A stretch of 64,000 nucleotides of DNA from an uncultured Actinomycetota bacterium (GCA_963775655.1 CAVZJT010000007.1:320846-384845); one strand, 5' to 3'. Numbered from the stretch's first letter, positions 35,938 to 46,985 are shown. Notes: a model not told the origin generated them from the letters alone. Numbers and translations are program-made.

Positions 35938-36702
35938 ATGTCGGCCTCCGACGCCCTGGTCACGGGTGCGACCGGGCAGCTCGGGCCCGCGCTCGTCGCC
36001 GCCCTGCGTGAGCGGGGTTACGGCGTCCGTGCGCTCTCGCGGCGTCCGGGCACGGATCGGGTGGTGGCCGATCTGTCCACCGGCGGCGGCCTCGCCGAGG
36101 CCGTCGACGGGTGCCGGGTGGTGGTGCACGCCGCCACCGACCCGCACGACACCGAGGCCGTCGACATCGAGGGCACCGAGCGGCTCGCCGAGATCTGCAA
36201 GGCCGCCGGGGTCGAGCACCTCGTCTACGTGTCGATCGTCGGTATCGACCGCAATCCGATCGGCTACTACCGGGCGAAGCTCAGCGCCGAGCGACGGGTC
36301 GCCCGGTCCGGGGTCCCGTACTCGATCGTGCGCGCCTCGCAGTTCCACTCGCTCGTGGCGACGATGCTGGGCAAGGCCAGACGCGGACCGGTCTGCCTCG
36401 TCCCGGCCGGCTGGGAGATCGAGCCGGTCGCGACCGTCGACGTCGCCCGGCACCTGGCCGACCGGGCGGCCACCGGACCCTCCGGTGCGGTGGGCGAATT
36501 CGCCGGCCCGGAGCGGCTCGGGTTGCGCGATGTCGCCCGGACCTGGCTCGCCGCCGGGGGCGGTCGTGCTGCCGTGGTCCCCGTCCCGATCCCGGGCAAG
36601 GCGGCCCGGGCCTTCCGCATGCGCAGCAACATCGCGTCGCCGGATGCGGCCCGCGGGCAGGTCACCTGGGCCGACTGGCTATCCCAGAATGCGGGATTGT
36701 GA
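35938..36702 (+). CDS. NAD(P)H-binding NmrA/SDR-like protein
   Basis: Contains LVTGATGQLG....HLVYVS..YY.AK...E. Confidence 0.7.
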   Translation: MSASDALVTGATGQLGPALVAALRERGYGVRALSRRPGTDRVVADLSTGGGLAEAVDGCRVVVHAATDPHDTEAVDIEGTERLAEICKAAGVEHLVYVSIVGIDRNPIGYYRAKLSAERRVARSGVPYSIVRASQFHSLVATMLGKARRGPVCLVPAGWEIEPVATVDVARHLADRAATGPSGAVGEFAGPERLGLRDVARTWLAAGGGRAAVVPVPIPGKAARAFRMRSNIASPDAARGQVTWADWLSQNAGL

Positions 36703-36712
36703 TCCCGCTGAG

Positions 36713-36741
36713 TTGACCTCGTATGTCGCCCGACGTACGGT
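36713..36741 (+). promoter_or_regulatory. Candidate promoter TTGACC-17 nt-TACGGT for a leaderless ilvB leader transcript
   Basis: The hexamers are read directly. The -10 ends 6 nt before GTG 36748. This is inference only. Confidence 0.35.
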
Positions 36742-36747
36742 TCGTTC

Positions 36748-36777
36748 GTGCTCCGTAGCGTCATCGTACTTAGCTAG
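36748..36777 (+). CDS. Candidate ilvB leader peptide MLRSVIVLS
   Basis: GTG CTC CGT AGC GTC ATC GTA CTT AGC TAG has four consecutive branched-chain codons. Its stop is embedded in the first hairpin (36776-36800). Confidence 0.4.
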   Translation: MLRSVIVLS

Positions 36778-36802
36778 CGCGTCGATCCCGTCGACGCGCT
36801 CA

Positions 36803-36832
36803 CCCCTCCGTGCCTGGCACGAGGGGTTTTTT
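36803..36832 (+). terminator. Intrinsic terminator / attenuator 32 nt upstream of the ilvB start
   Basis: CCCCTCCGTGCC-T-GGCACGAGGGG followed by TTTTTT. Confidence 0.7.
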
Positions 36833-36864
36833 GTTGCCACCGTCCGTCTTTCGAAGGTCGCCAC

Positions 36865-38655
36865 ATGACAGCCTCGAGCTCCCCGGCACAGTCTCCCCGG
36901 CAGGTCACCGGTGCACAGGCACTCGTCCACTCCCTGGAGTGCCTCGGCGTCGACGTGGCGTTCGGCATCCCGGGTGGCGCCATCCTGCCGGCGTACGACC
37001 CGCTCTACGACTCCACCAGCGTGCGGCACGTCCTGGTGCGGCACGAGCAGGGCGCCGGGCACGCCGCGACCGGCTACGCCCAGGCCACCGGCCGGGTCGG
37101 CGTCTGCATCGCGACGTCCGGTCCGGGCGCGACCAACCTGGTGACCCCGATCGCCGACGCCTACATGGACTCGGTGCCGATCGTCGCGATCACCGGGCAG
37201 GTCGGCCGGCCGCAGATCGGTACCGACGCCTTCCAGGAGGCGGACATCTGCGGCATCACCCTGCCGATCACCAAGCACAACTTCCTGGTCCAGTCGGCCG
37301 ACGACATCCCGCGGGTCATGGCCGAGGCGTTCCACATCGCCTCCTCCGGTCGCCCGGGTCCGGTCCTCGTCGACATCCCGAAGGACGTGCAGCAGGCACA
37401 GACGACGTTCCGCTGGCCACCGACGATGGACCTGCCCGGCTACCGGCCGGGACTGCGGCCGCACGGCAAGCAGATCCGCGAGGCCGCCCGGCTGATCTCG
37501 CAGGCACGGCAGCCGGTGCTCTACGTCGGCGGCGGCGTGCTCAAGGCCCACGCGGCCGACGAGCTGCGGGCGCTGGCCGAGCTCACCGGCATCCCCGTCG
37601 TCACGACGCTGATGGCGCGCGGAGCGTTCCCGGACAGCCACCCGCAGCACCTGGGCATGCCCGGCATGCACGGGTCGGTGACCGCGGTGACCGCGCTGCA
37701 GAAGGCCGACCTGCTCATCACCCTCGGCGCCCGTTTCGACGACCGCGTCACCGGGAAGCTCTCCACCTTCGCTCCGGACGCCGCGGTCATCCACGCCGAC
37801 ATCGACCCGGCCGAGATCTCCAAGAACCGCACGGCCGACGTGCCGATCGTGGGGGACTGCAAGGACGTGCTCGAGGCGCTGGTGCCGGCCGTGCAGGCCG
37901 AGCGCGAGGCCGCGTCGCCTGCCGACCTTTCTGCGTGGTGGGCGCAGATCGACAGCTGGCGGGGCACCTACCCGCTCGGCTACGAATGGCCCGCGGACGG
38001 TGCGCTCGCTCCGCAGTACGTCATCGACCGGCTCGGGAAGATTGCCGGCCCGGACGCGGTCTACGTCGCCGGCGTCGGCCAGCACCAGATGTGGGCGGCG
38101 CAGTTCATCTCCTACGAGAACCCCTACACCTGGCTCAACTCCGGCGGCCTCGGGACGATGGGCTACGCCGTGCCGGCCGCGATGGGCGCCAAGATGGGAC
38201 GTCCGGACGCGACGGTGTGGGCGATCGACGGCGACGGCTGCTTCCAGATGACCAACCAGGAGCTCGCCACCTGCGCCATCGAGGGCATCCCGATCAAGGT
38301 CGCGCTGATCAACAACGGCAACCTCGGCATGGTCCGCCAGTGGCAGGCACTCTTCTACGAGGAGCGCTACTCCCACACCCGGCTCGGCACGATCGGGCAC
38401 GCGGACAACACCGTGCGGGTGCCCGACTTCGTCAAGCTCGCCGAGGCGATGGGCTGCGTGGGCCTGCGGTGTGAGCGCGGCGAGGACGTGGACGCGACGA
38501 TCGACAAGGCGATGGGCATCAACGACATGCCGGTCGTCTGCGAGTTCGTGGTCGGCCAGGACGCGCAGGTCTGGCCGATGGTGCCGTCGGGCACCAGCAA
38601 TGACGAGATCCTGGCGGCCCGCGACGTGCGGCCGGCATTCGACGAGGTGATGTAG
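36865..38655 (+). CDS. ilvB: Acetolactate synthase large subunit
   Basis: 596-aa ThDP enzyme with ..[27 protein letters not shown]... Confidence 0.9.
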   Translation: MTASSSPAQSPRQVTGAQALVHSLECLGVDVAFGIPGGAILPAYDPLYDSTSVRHVLVRHEQGAGHAATGYAQATGRVGVCIATSGPGATNLVTPIADAYMDSVPIVAITGQVGRPQIGTDAFQEADICGITLPITKHNFLVQSADDIPRVMAEAFHIASSGRPGPVLVDIPKDVQQAQTTFRWPPTMDLPGYRPGLRPHGKQIREAARLISQARQPVLYVGGGVLKAHAADELRALAELTGIPVVTTLMARGAFPDSHPQHLGMPGMHGSVTAVTALQKADLLITLGARFDDRVTGKLSTFAPDAAVIHADIDPAEISKNRTADVPIVGDCKDVLEALVPAVQAEREAASPADLSAWWAQIDSWRGTYPLGYEWPADGALAPQYVIDRLGKIAGPDAVYVAGVGQHQMWAAQFISYENPYTWLNSGGLGTMGYAVPAAMGAKMGRPDATVWAIDGDGCFQMTNQELATCAIEGIPIKVALINNGNLGMVRQWQALFYEERYSHTRLGTIGHADNTVRVPDFVKLAEAMGCVGLRCERGEDVDATIDKAMGINDMPVVCEFVVGQDAQVWPMVPSGTSNDEILAARDVRPAFDEVM

Positions 38656-39182
38656 TGAGCAGGCACACGCTGTCCGTCCTGGTGGAGAACAAGCCCGGCG
38701 TGCTCGCCCGCGTCGCCGGCCTGTTCAGCCGGCGCGGCTTCAACATCGAGTCGCTCGCGGTGGGGCCGACCGAGGTGGCCGAGATCTCCCGGATGACGAT
38801 CGTGGTCAACGTCGAGGAGCAGCCGCTCGAGCAGGTCACGAAGCAGCTGAACAAGCTGATCAACGTCATCAAGATCGTCGAGCTCGAGTCGGCGCAGGTC
38901 GTGCAGCGCGAACTGCTGTTGGTGAAGGTGCGCGTCGACGCCGCCGTGCGCAGCCAGGTGCTGGAGACGGCACAGCTGTTCCGGGCCCGGGTCGTCGACG
39001 TCGGCACCGAGGCCGTCACCATCGAGGCGACCGGGACGGCGGACAAGCTCGACGCGCTGCTGAAGGTGCTCGAGCCCTACGGCGTCCGGGAGATGGTGCA
39101 GTCGGGCATGGTCGCGATCGGCCGTGGTCCGCGCTCCATCACCAGCGCCGCCGGGCTGCGCCCGGTCGAACGCACCGCCTGA
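38655..39182 (+). CDS. ilvN: Acetolactate synthase small subunit
   Basis: Contains HTLSVLVENKPGVLARV.GLFSRRGFNIESL.VG.TE (ACT domain). Confidence 0.9.
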   Translation: MSRHTLSVLVENKPGVLARVAGLFSRRGFNIESLAVGPTEVAEISRMTIVVNVEEQPLEQVTKQLNKLINVIKIVELESAQVVQRELLLVKVRVDAAVRSQVLETAQLFRARVVDVGTEAVTIEATGTADKLDALLKVLEPYGVREMVQSGMVAIGRGPRSITSAAGLRPVERTA

Positions 39183-39251
39183 TCCCGACCGTTTCCCGGC
39201 ACCACACTTCCGACATCATGAAGACCGAGATCCCTGAGATCGAAAACCTGA

Positions 39252-40282
<1,031 letters not shown>

Positions 40283-40283
<1 letters not shown>

Positions 40284-40313
40284 CCGGTCGGGGGCCGCGC
40301 GGCCCCGATCGGT
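40283..40313 (+). terminator. GC-rich hairpin after ilvC (no U-tract)
   Basis: ACCGGTCGGGGGCC-GCGC-GGCCCCGATCGGT forms a 13-bp stem with one bulge. Confidence 0.35.
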
Positions 40314-40407
40314 GACACGCCGCGCCGCTTCACGCGCGGCGGGGCTCCCGGGTGCATGATCTTTCCGCAGTGTCCTGCGGCGCCCGGATCTGAAGGTGGT
40401 GGTGCGC

Positions 40408-42105
40408 ATGCCGCACGTCTTGGCTGCTACCACCCGCCTGGATGTCAACTCGCTCGACTACACGATCCTGGCGATCTACTTCGTGCTCGTCGTCACGATC
40501 GGGATCCTCGCGCGGCGGGCGATCGCCACCAGCGAGGACTTCTTCCTGTCCGGGCGTTCGCTGCCTGCGTGGGTGACCGGGCTCGCCTTCATCTCGGCCA
40601 ACCTCGGGGCGATCGAGATCCTCGGCATGGCGGCCAACGGTGGCCAGTACGGCTGGTCCACCGTGCACTTCTACTGGATCGGCGCCGTACCGGCGATGAT
40701 CTTCCTCGGCCTGGTCATGATGCCGTTCTACTACGGCTCCCGGGTGCACAGCGTGCCCGAATACCTGCGCCGCCGGTACAACATCCCGGCACACATCCTG
40801 AATGCATTGAGCTTCGCGCTCGCCCAGGTGCTCACCGCGGGCGTCAACCTCTACGCACTGGCGCTGGTCATCCAGAGCCTGCTCGGCTGGCCGATTCCGC
40901 TCGCGATCGTCGTCGCGGCGGCGTTCGTACTCGCCTACATCACCCTCGGCGGTCTGTCCGGTGCGATCTACAACGAGGTCATGCAGTTCTTCGTCATCAT
41001 CGCCGGACTGCTCCCGATCGTCATCGTCGGTCTCATCTCCGTCGGCGGGTGGAGCGGCCTGGAAGCCAAGATCAACAACGGCACGGCGCTGGCCGGCAGG
41101 GCTTTCAGCACGTGGAAGGGTACCGGAATCCCGTGGAGCAACCCGCTCGGTGACTGGATCGGCATCGTCTTCGGTCTCGGCTTCGTCCTCTCCTTCGGCT
41201 ACTGGACGACCAACTTCACCGAGGTGCAGCGTGCCCTGTCCGCCAAGGACCTCTCCGCCGCCCAGCGCACCCCGCTCATCGGCGCCTACCCGAAGATCTT
41301 CATCCCCTTCCTGACCATCATTCCCGGGCTGATCGCGCTGGTCGTGATCCCGCACTTCGGCACCGGCGCGAAGACCTACAACGATGCGATCCCCCTGTTA
41401 ATGGGCAAGTTCCTGCCCAACGGGGTACTCGGTATCGCGCTCACCGGCCTGCTGGCGGCGTTCATGGCGGGTATGGCCGCCAACGTGAGCTCCTTCAACA
41501 CCGTCTTCACCTACGACCTGTGGATGCCGTACATCAGACGGGGCCGGCCCGACCGCTACTACCTCAACGTCGGGCGCATCGTCACCGTGGTCGGCGTCGT
41601 GATCGGCATCGGTACGGCGTTCATCGCCTCCGGCTACAGCAACATCATGAATTACATCCAGTTGCTGTTCTCCTTCTTCAACGCGCCGTTGTTCGCGACG
41701 TTCATCATCGGCATGTTCTGGAAGCGCACGTCGATCGTGTCCGGCTTCTGGGGCCTGCTGTCCGGCACGATCGCGGCCGGCGTCATGCACTTCGTCGGCT
41801 ACAACATCAGCTACTTCTATCCCGGCGGCCACTACGACCCGTCTCACAAACTGGTCAATGCGCAGATGCTCAACTTCTACGGCGCGATCGCCGCGTTCGT
41901 CGTCGACGCGGTGGTCACCGTCGCGGTGACCCTGTTCACGCAGCCGAAGCCGGTCGAAGAGCTCGCCGGACTGGTCTACGGCGTACCCGATCCGAGTGCG
42001 CCCGATCCCCGGTTGGTCCCGAAGCCGGAATGGTGGCGTTCGCCGAAGCTCTTGGGCTTCACGGCGCTGGGCATCACACTGGCACTGTCGCTGATATTCG
42101 TCTGA
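40408..42105 (+). CDS. Sodium:solute symporter family (SSF) transporter
   Basis: About 565 aa and 13-14 TM helices, with ..FFLSGRSLP.W..G.AF.SANLGA.E..G... GTG 40396 is an alternative start. Confidence 0.8.
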   Translation: MPHVLAATTRLDVNSLDYTILAIYFVLVVTIGILARRAIATSEDFFLSGRSLPAWVTGLAFISANLGAIEILGMAANGGQYGWSTVHFYWIGAVPAMIFLGLVMMPFYYGSRVHSVPEYLRRRYNIPAHILNALSFALAQVLTAGVNLYALALVIQSLLGWPIPLAIVVAAAFVLAYITLGGLSGAIYNEVMQFFVIIAGLLPIVIVGLISVGGWSGLEAKINNGTALAGRAFSTWKGTGIPWSNPLGDWIGIVFGLGFVLSFGYWTTNFTEVQRALSAKDLSAAQRTPLIGAYPKIFIPFLTIIPGLIALVVIPHFGTGAKTYNDAIPLLMGKFLPNGVLGIALTGLLAAFMAGMAANVSSFNTVFTYDLWMPYIRRGRPDRYYLNVGRIVTVVGVVIGIGTAFIASGYSNIMNYIQLLFSFFNAPLFATFIIGMFWKRTSIVSGFWGLLSGTIAAGVMHFVGYNISYFYPGGHYDPSHKLVNAQMLNFYGAIAAFVVDAVVTVAVTLFTQPKPVEELAGLVYGVPDPSAPDPRLVPKPEWWRSPKLLGFTALGITLALSLIFV

Positions 42106-42124
42106 CCGAGGGGAGGAGGCACCG

Positions 42125-42427
42125 ATGCAGATCGACAGCCCGGAAGAGGAAAAGGCCAGCGCCTCAGCAAACCTGTTCGACCTTCGCTTGATCATCGGTG
42201 GGCTCTTCACCCTCTACGGCGTGATCCTCACCATTGTCGGGGCGCTGGACAGCCCGGCCGAGGTCGACAAGGCGGCGGGTGTCCGGATCAATCTCTGGAT
42301 GGGTCTCGGGATGCTCGTGCTCGGCCTGCTGTTCCTGCTGTGGGTGTTTCTGCGGCCGCTGCACGCCGAAACGTCCGACTCCACGCCACCGGCTCCGAGT
42401 GGAGCCGCGGCGCCCGAGCGCACGTGA
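42125..42427 (+). CDS. Small membrane protein downstream of the symporter
   Basis: 100 aa with two TM helices. GAGGGGAGGAGG lies upstream of the ATG. Confidence 0.45.
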   Translation: MQIDSPEEEKASASANLFDLRLIIGGLFTLYGVILTIVGALDSPAEVDKAAGVRINLWMGLGMLVLGLLFLLWVFLRPLHAETSDSTPPAPSGAAAPERT

Positions 42428-42460
42428 AAGTCTTCACAAGCTCTCGGTAGACTTCGGGTC

Positions 42461-44095
42461 GTGACCAATCCGCCCGCCGCCACAGCCAGCCAGACGGGGG
42501 CCGCCCGCGCCGTCGTCCTCGTCGCCGACCAGCTCGCCCCGGCCGCGCTCGACGTCCTCGCCAAGGACTTCGACGTCCGGCAGGTCGACGGGACCGACCG
42601 GCCCGCGCTGCTCGCCGCGATCCCCGACGCCGACGCCGTGCTGGTGCGCAGCGCGACCACCATCGACGCGGAGGTGCTGGCCGCGGGGAGTCGGCTGAAG
42701 GTCGTCGCCCGGGCCGGGATCGGCCTGGACAACGTCGATGTCGCGGCCGCCACCACCCGCGGCGTGATGGTCGTCAACGCGCCGACCTCCAACATCCTCA
42801 GCGCGGCCGAGCACGCGGTCGCCCTGCTGCTGGCGGTCGCCCGCCACGTGCCCGCCGCCGATGCCTCGCTCAAGGGCGGTGCCTGGAAGCGGTCGGCCTT
42901 CACCGGCGTCGAGGTTGCGGACAAGACGGTCGGCGTGGTCGGGCTGGGACGAATCGGCGTGCTCGTGGCCCAGCGGCTCGCCGCCTTCGGCACCCGGCTG
43001 ATCGCCTACGACCCCTACGTCCCGCCGGCCCGGGCCGCGCAGGTCGGCGTACAGCTCGTGTCTCTTCCGGAGCTGCTCGCCGAGAGCGACTTCATCACGA
43101 TCCACCTCCCCAAGTCGCCGGAGACGCTGGGCCTGATCGGTGCCGAGGAGCTCGCCGCCGCCAAGCCCGGCATCCGGATCATCAACGCCGCCCGCGGCGG
43201 CCTGGTCGACGAGCAGGCGCTGGCCGACGCGATCGCGTCCGGTCACGTCGCCGGGGCCGGGATCGACGTCTTCGCGACCGAGCCGACCACCGAGAGCCCG
43301 CTGTTCGGGCTGCCCGGAGTCGTCGTCACCCCGCACCTGGGGGCATCCACCCGTGAGGCGCAGGACAAGGCCGGGCTGGCCGTCGCCCGGTCGGTGAAGC
43401 TGGCGCTCGACGGCGAGTTCGTGGCCGACGCGGTCAACGTGCAGGCCGCCGGCGTCGTCGCGGAGGAGATCCGCCCGGCGCTGCCGCTGGTCGAGAAGCT
43501 GGGGCGGGTCTTCACCGCGATCGCCGGCGGGGTCGCCGCGAGCATCTCGGTCGAGATCCGCGGCGAAATCACCTCCTACGACGTCGGCGTGCTGCAACTG
43601 GCCGCGCTCAAGGGCGTCTTCGCCGACGTCGTCGAGGAGCAGGTGACCTTCGTCAACGCGCCGATCCTGGCCAAGGACCGCGGCGTCGACGTAGGCCTCG
43701 CCACCTACGCCGAGAGCGAGGACTACCGCAACCTGGTGACCGTGCGCGGCGTACTCCCCACGGGCGAGCAGGTCAGCGTGTCCGGCACCCTCACCGGCCC
43801 CAAGCAGGTCGAGAAGCTGACCGAGATCAACGGCTTCGACGTCGACCTGCCGCCGGAGGACCACATGCTCTTCTTCCGCTACCACGACCGGCCCGGCGTG
43901 GTCGGCATGGTCGGCGTACAGCTCGGTGAGGCCGGCGTCAACATCGCCGGCGCGCAGGTCAGCCGGAGCCGGCGCGGGGGCGAGGCCCTGATGTCACTCA
44001 CGGTCGACTCCGCCGTGTCCGCCGACCTGCTGGCCGACATCGCCCGGGCGATCGGGGCCGAGGACGCGCGTAGCGCCGACCTTGACGGCGAGTGA
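42461..44095 (+). CDS. serA: D-3-phosphoglycerate dehydrogenase (long form with ASB/ACT domains)
   Basis: Contains ..GIGLDNVD..GLGRIG..NAARGG..TPHLGAST.EAQ.. and a C-terminal ACT domain. Confidence 0.9.
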   Translation: MTNPPAATASQTGAARAVVLVADQLAPAALDVLAKDFDVRQVDGTDRPALLAAIPDADAVLVRSATTIDAEVLAAGSRLKVVARAGIGLDNVDVAAATTRGVMVVNAPTSNILSAAEHAVALLLAVARHVPAADASLKGGAWKRSAFTGVEVADKTVGVVGLGRIGVLVAQRLAAFGTRLIAYDPYVPPARAAQVGVQLVSLPELLAESDFITIHLPKSPETLGLIGAEELAAAKPGIRIINAARGGLVDEQALADAIASGHVAGAGIDVFATEPTTESPLFGLPGVVVTPHLGASTREAQDKAGLAVARSVKLALDGEFVADAVNVQAAGVVAEEIRPALPLVEKLGRVFTAIAGGVAASISVEIRGEITSYDVGVLQLAALKGVFADVVEEQVTFVNAPILAKDRGVDVGLATYAESEDYRNLVTVRGVLPTGEQVSVSGTLTGPKQVEKLTEINGFDVDLPPEDHMLFFRYHDRPGVVGMVGVQLGEAGVNIAGAQVSRSRRGGEALMSLTVDSAVSADLLADIARAIGAEDARSADLDGE

Positions 44096-44134
44096 CCTCT
44101 AGCGCGGATTCGACGGAACGGTAGCCTCCCAGCC

Positions 44135-45163
44135 ATGAAACTCGCGGTGATCCCGGGCGACGGTGTCGGCCCGGAAGTGGTCGCGGAGGGCCTGAAGGTC
44201 CTGCGCGAAGCAGTGCCCGACGTCGAGACGACGCGCTACGACCTCGGCGCCGCCCGGTGGCAGCGCACCGGGGAGTTGCTGCCCGACTCCGTGCTCGGGG
44301 AGTTGCGGGCGCACGACGCCATCCTGCTCGGCGCCGTAGGCGATCCCGCCGTACCCAGCGGGATCCTCGAGCGCGGGCTGCTGCTGCGGCTGCGTTTCGA
44401 ACTCGATCACCACGTCAACCTGCGCCCGGTGCGGCTCTTCCCCGGCGTGACGTCGTCACTGGCCGGCTCGCCGGAGATCGACATGGTCGTCGTCCGTGAG
44501 GGCACCGAGGGCCCCTACGCCGGCACCGGCGGGGTCCTGCGCAAGGACACGCCGCACGAGATCGCGACCGAGGTCAGCCTCAACACGGCGTACGGCGTGC
44601 ACCGGGTGGTCCGCGACGCGTTCCAGCGGGCGGCAGGCCGGCCCAGGAAGCATCTGACCCTGGTGCACAAGACCAACGTGCTCGTCAACGCCGGTTCCCT
44701 GTGGGCGCGGGCGGTCGAGGAGATCGGCGGCGACTATCCCGAGGTGACCGTCGCCTACCAGCATGTCGACGCCGCGTCGATGTACTTCGTCACCGACCCG
44801 TCCCGGTTCGACGTGGTCGTCACCGACAACCTCTTCGGCGACATCCTCACCGACCTCGGCGCCGCGATCACCGGCGGCATCGGGCTCGCCGCGAGCGGCA
44901 ACCTCGACGTCAGCGGAGCCAACCCGAGCATGTTCGAGCCGGTGCACGGCAGCGCCCCGGACATCGCCGGCACCGGGGTGGCCGACCCGACCGCCACGGT
45001 GCTGTCGGTCGCCCTCATGCTCGACCACCTCGGGCACGGCGACCAGGCCCGGCGGATCGAGGCCGGGGTCGCCTTCGACCTCGCCACCCGCGACCATTCC
45101 GCGCTCGGTCGTACTGTGGAGATCGGGGACCGGCTCGCGGCGCTGGCCAGCAAGACGGGATAG
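44135..45163 (+). CDS. leuB: 3-isopropylmalate dehydrogenase
   Basis: Contains ..[34 protein letters not shown].. Confidence 0.9.
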   Translation: MKLAVIPGDGVGPEVVAEGLKVLREAVPDVETTRYDLGAARWQRTGELLPDSVLGELRAHDAILLGAVGDPAVPSGILERGLLLRLRFELDHHVNLRPVRLFPGVTSSLAGSPEIDMVVVREGTEGPYAGTGGVLRKDTPHEIATEVSLNTAYGVHRVVRDAFQRAAGRPRKHLTLVHKTNVLVNAGSLWARAVEEIGGDYPEVTVAYQHVDAASMYFVTDPSRFDVVVTDNLFGDILTDLGAAITGGIGLAASGNLDVSGANPSMFEPVHGSAPDIAGTGVADPTATVLSVALMLDHLGHGDQARRIEAGVAFDLATRDHSALGRTVEIGDRLAALASKTG

Positions 45164-45249
45164 CTTCCGCGACCGCCCACCCCTCGCTCTGGTCGGCCGT
45201 AACGTGTGATGCAATCGTCGCGAATCGGTCGTGTGTCAAAGGAGTCGTT

Positions 45250-46176
45250 GTGCCCATCACGCCCACCTCGAAGATCTGGATGAACGGCACGCTCGTCGAC
45301 TGGGACGACGCGACGATCCACGTCCTGAACCCGACCATGCACTACGGATGGGGCGTCTTCGAAGGTATCCGGGCATACGCGACAGACAAGGGTCCGGCCG
45401 TCTTCCGGCTCACCGACCACATCGCCCGGCTGTTCCGGTCCGGGCGGATCTACCTGTTGGAGCCGGAGTTCACCCCGGAGCAGCTCGTCGCCGCGACCAA
45501 GGAGACGGTGCGGGTCAACGACGTGGAGGCGTGCTACATCCGGCCGATCTTCTACCTCGGCTACGGCGAGATGGGCCTCAACCCGCTGCCCAGCAAGACC
45601 GAGGTGTCGATCGCGGTCTGGCCGTGGGGCTCGTATCTGGGTGAAGAGGCCAAGCAGACCGGCTGCCGGGCGGCCACCTCGAGCTGGCAGCACATCAACC
45701 AGAACTCGATCCCGCCCACGGGCAAGGGCACCGGGCAGTACATGAACTCGTCCCTGGCCAAGGTGCAGGCACTCAAGGCCGGCTACGACGAGGCGATCCT
45801 GCTCAACCCGGCCGGGCACGTCGTGCAGGGCACCGGCGAGAACATCTTCATCGTCTCCGACCGCACCCTGATCACCCCGCCGACCAGCGACGGGCTGCTG
45901 CAGGGGATCACCCGCGAGTCGGTGATGACGATCGCCCGCGACCAGGGTTACGACGTGGTCGAGCGCAGCCTGGTGCGCACCGACCTCTACCAGGCCGACG
46001 AGGCATTCTTCACCGGGACCGCCGCCGAACTGGTGCCCATCGCCGAGGTCGACGATCGGCCGGTCGGCCCCGGCAAGGTCGGCCCGATCACCCGCGAGAT
46101 CGCCGAGATCTTCAGCGCCGCCACCGTCGGCGAGGTCGACCTCTACAAGTCGTGGAACGAGTACGTCCGCGACTGA
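45250..46176 (+). CDS. ilvE: Branched-chain amino acid aminotransferase (class IV)
   Basis: GTG follows AAAGGAG. Contains ..IWMNG.LV.W..A..HV......YG..VFEG.R.Y... Confidence 0.85.
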   Translation: MPITPTSKIWMNGTLVDWDDATIHVLNPTMHYGWGVFEGIRAYATDKGPAVFRLTDHIARLFRSGRIYLLEPEFTPEQLVAATKETVRVNDVEACYIRPIFYLGYGEMGLNPLPSKTEVSIAVWPWGSYLGEEAKQTGCRAATSSWQHINQNSIPPTGKGTGQYMNSSLAKVQALKAGYDEAILLNPAGHVVQGTGENIFIVSDRTLITPPTSDGLLQGITRESVMTIARDQGYDVVERSLVRTDLYQADEAFFTGTAAELVPIAEVDDRPVGPGKVGPITREIAEIFSAATVGEVDLYKSWNEYVRD

Positions 46177-46220
46177 TCGTTCTGCCCTACCGCGGTTTCC
46201 CGCCGGTCGGCAGCGGCGGG

Positions 46221-46281
46221 CGACATTGTGCGCCGTACTCGCATTAACGGCACCGGGATGCGAGTAGCGCGCACGATGATG
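46221..46281 (+). repeat. 61-nt hairpin repeat, family 1, copy 2
   Basis: CGACATTGTGCGCCGTACTCGCA - 15 nt - TGCGAGTAGCGCGCACGATGATG. Confidence 0.85.
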
Positions 46282-46323
46282 CCGACTGGCCCCCGCCTAT
46301 GGCTGCCGGTTGGCAGCGGCGGC

Positions 46324-46384
46324 CGACATCGTGCGCCGTACTCGCGTAAATGCCGCCGGGATGCGAGTAGCGCGCACGATGATG
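46324..46384 (+). repeat. 61-nt hairpin repeat, family 1, copy 3
   Basis: Same arms as copy 2 but a different loop. It is part of a 103-bp tandem duplication that includes GGCAGCGGCGG upstream. Confidence 0.85.
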
Positions 46385-46406
46385 CGCGCGGGCCGCGCCG
46401 ACGTAT

Positions 46407-46467
46407 CGACATCGGACGCTGTACTCGCATTTCGAGGCTGATTCTGCGAGTAGAGCGTCCGATGATG
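46407..46467 (+). repeat. 61-nt hairpin repeat, family 1, copy 4 (alternative stem allele)
   Basis: CGACATCGGACGCTGTACTCGCA - 15 nt - TGCGAGTAGAGCGTCCGATGATG. The stem changes are compensatory. Confidence 0.85.
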
Positions 46468-46513
46468 CCCGCGGATCGGCGGCCGGCAACCGGGCCCACG
46501 CCGGGAAAGCGCC

Positions 46514-46574
46514 CCACCGGGTGCCGATATCTCGCAGACTGGTGTCGATACGGCGAGATGCCGTCCGTCGGTAC
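46514..46574 (+). repeat. Decayed family-1 copy
   Basis: ..GCCGATATCTCGCA - exactly 15 nt - GGCGAGATGCC... keeps the geometry, but many stem mismatches are present. Confidence 0.45.
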
Positions 46575-46620
46575 TAGTGAGAGGCCCGGCACGCGGGCCG
46601 CGGAGTAAGGGGACAGCGCT

Positions 46621-46968
46621 ATGGCGGAGTACCTGATCCTGATCTACGGCGACGAGCAGGTGTGGAGCCAGGCCACCGAGGCCGAGTTGGAACAGCTCAT
46701 GAAGGAGCACATGGCCTTCGGTGAGAAGCACCACGACGTCCTGCGCGGTGGCAATGCCCTGAAGTCCACGCAGACCGCGACATCGATCCGCAAGGACGGC
46801 TCGGGCCCGGCAGCGGTGACCGACGGGGCGTTCGCCGAGACGAAGGAAGCCCTGGGCGGTTACTACGTCGTCGAGGCCGCGAACCTCGACCAGGCGCTGG
46901 CGATCGCGAAGGACGTTCCGGCCGATCACGGCGGCGTCGAGGTCCGCCCGATCCAGGTCTTCGACTGA
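46621..46968 (+). CDS. YciI family protein
   Basis: Contains MAEYLILIYGDE.......GGYYVVEA..LD.A...A...P, typical of the YCII/DGPF domain. Confidence 0.8.
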   Translation: MAEYLILIYGDEQVWSQATEAELEQLMKEHMAFGEKHHDVLRGGNALKSTQTATSIRKDGSGPAAVTDGAFAETKEALGGYYVVEAANLDQALAIAKDVPADHGGVEVRPIQVFD

Positions 46969-46985
46969 CCGGCACCGTTCTGCCT

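Noticed and set aside
46203-46574. Possible CRISPR array, because regularly spaced repeats fill an intergenic region
   Set aside because: The repeat unit is a 61-nt self-complementary hairpin rather than a 25-40 nt direct repeat. The gaps between units are irregular (42, 22 and 46 nt) and partly duplicated. There are no cas genes or leader in the window.
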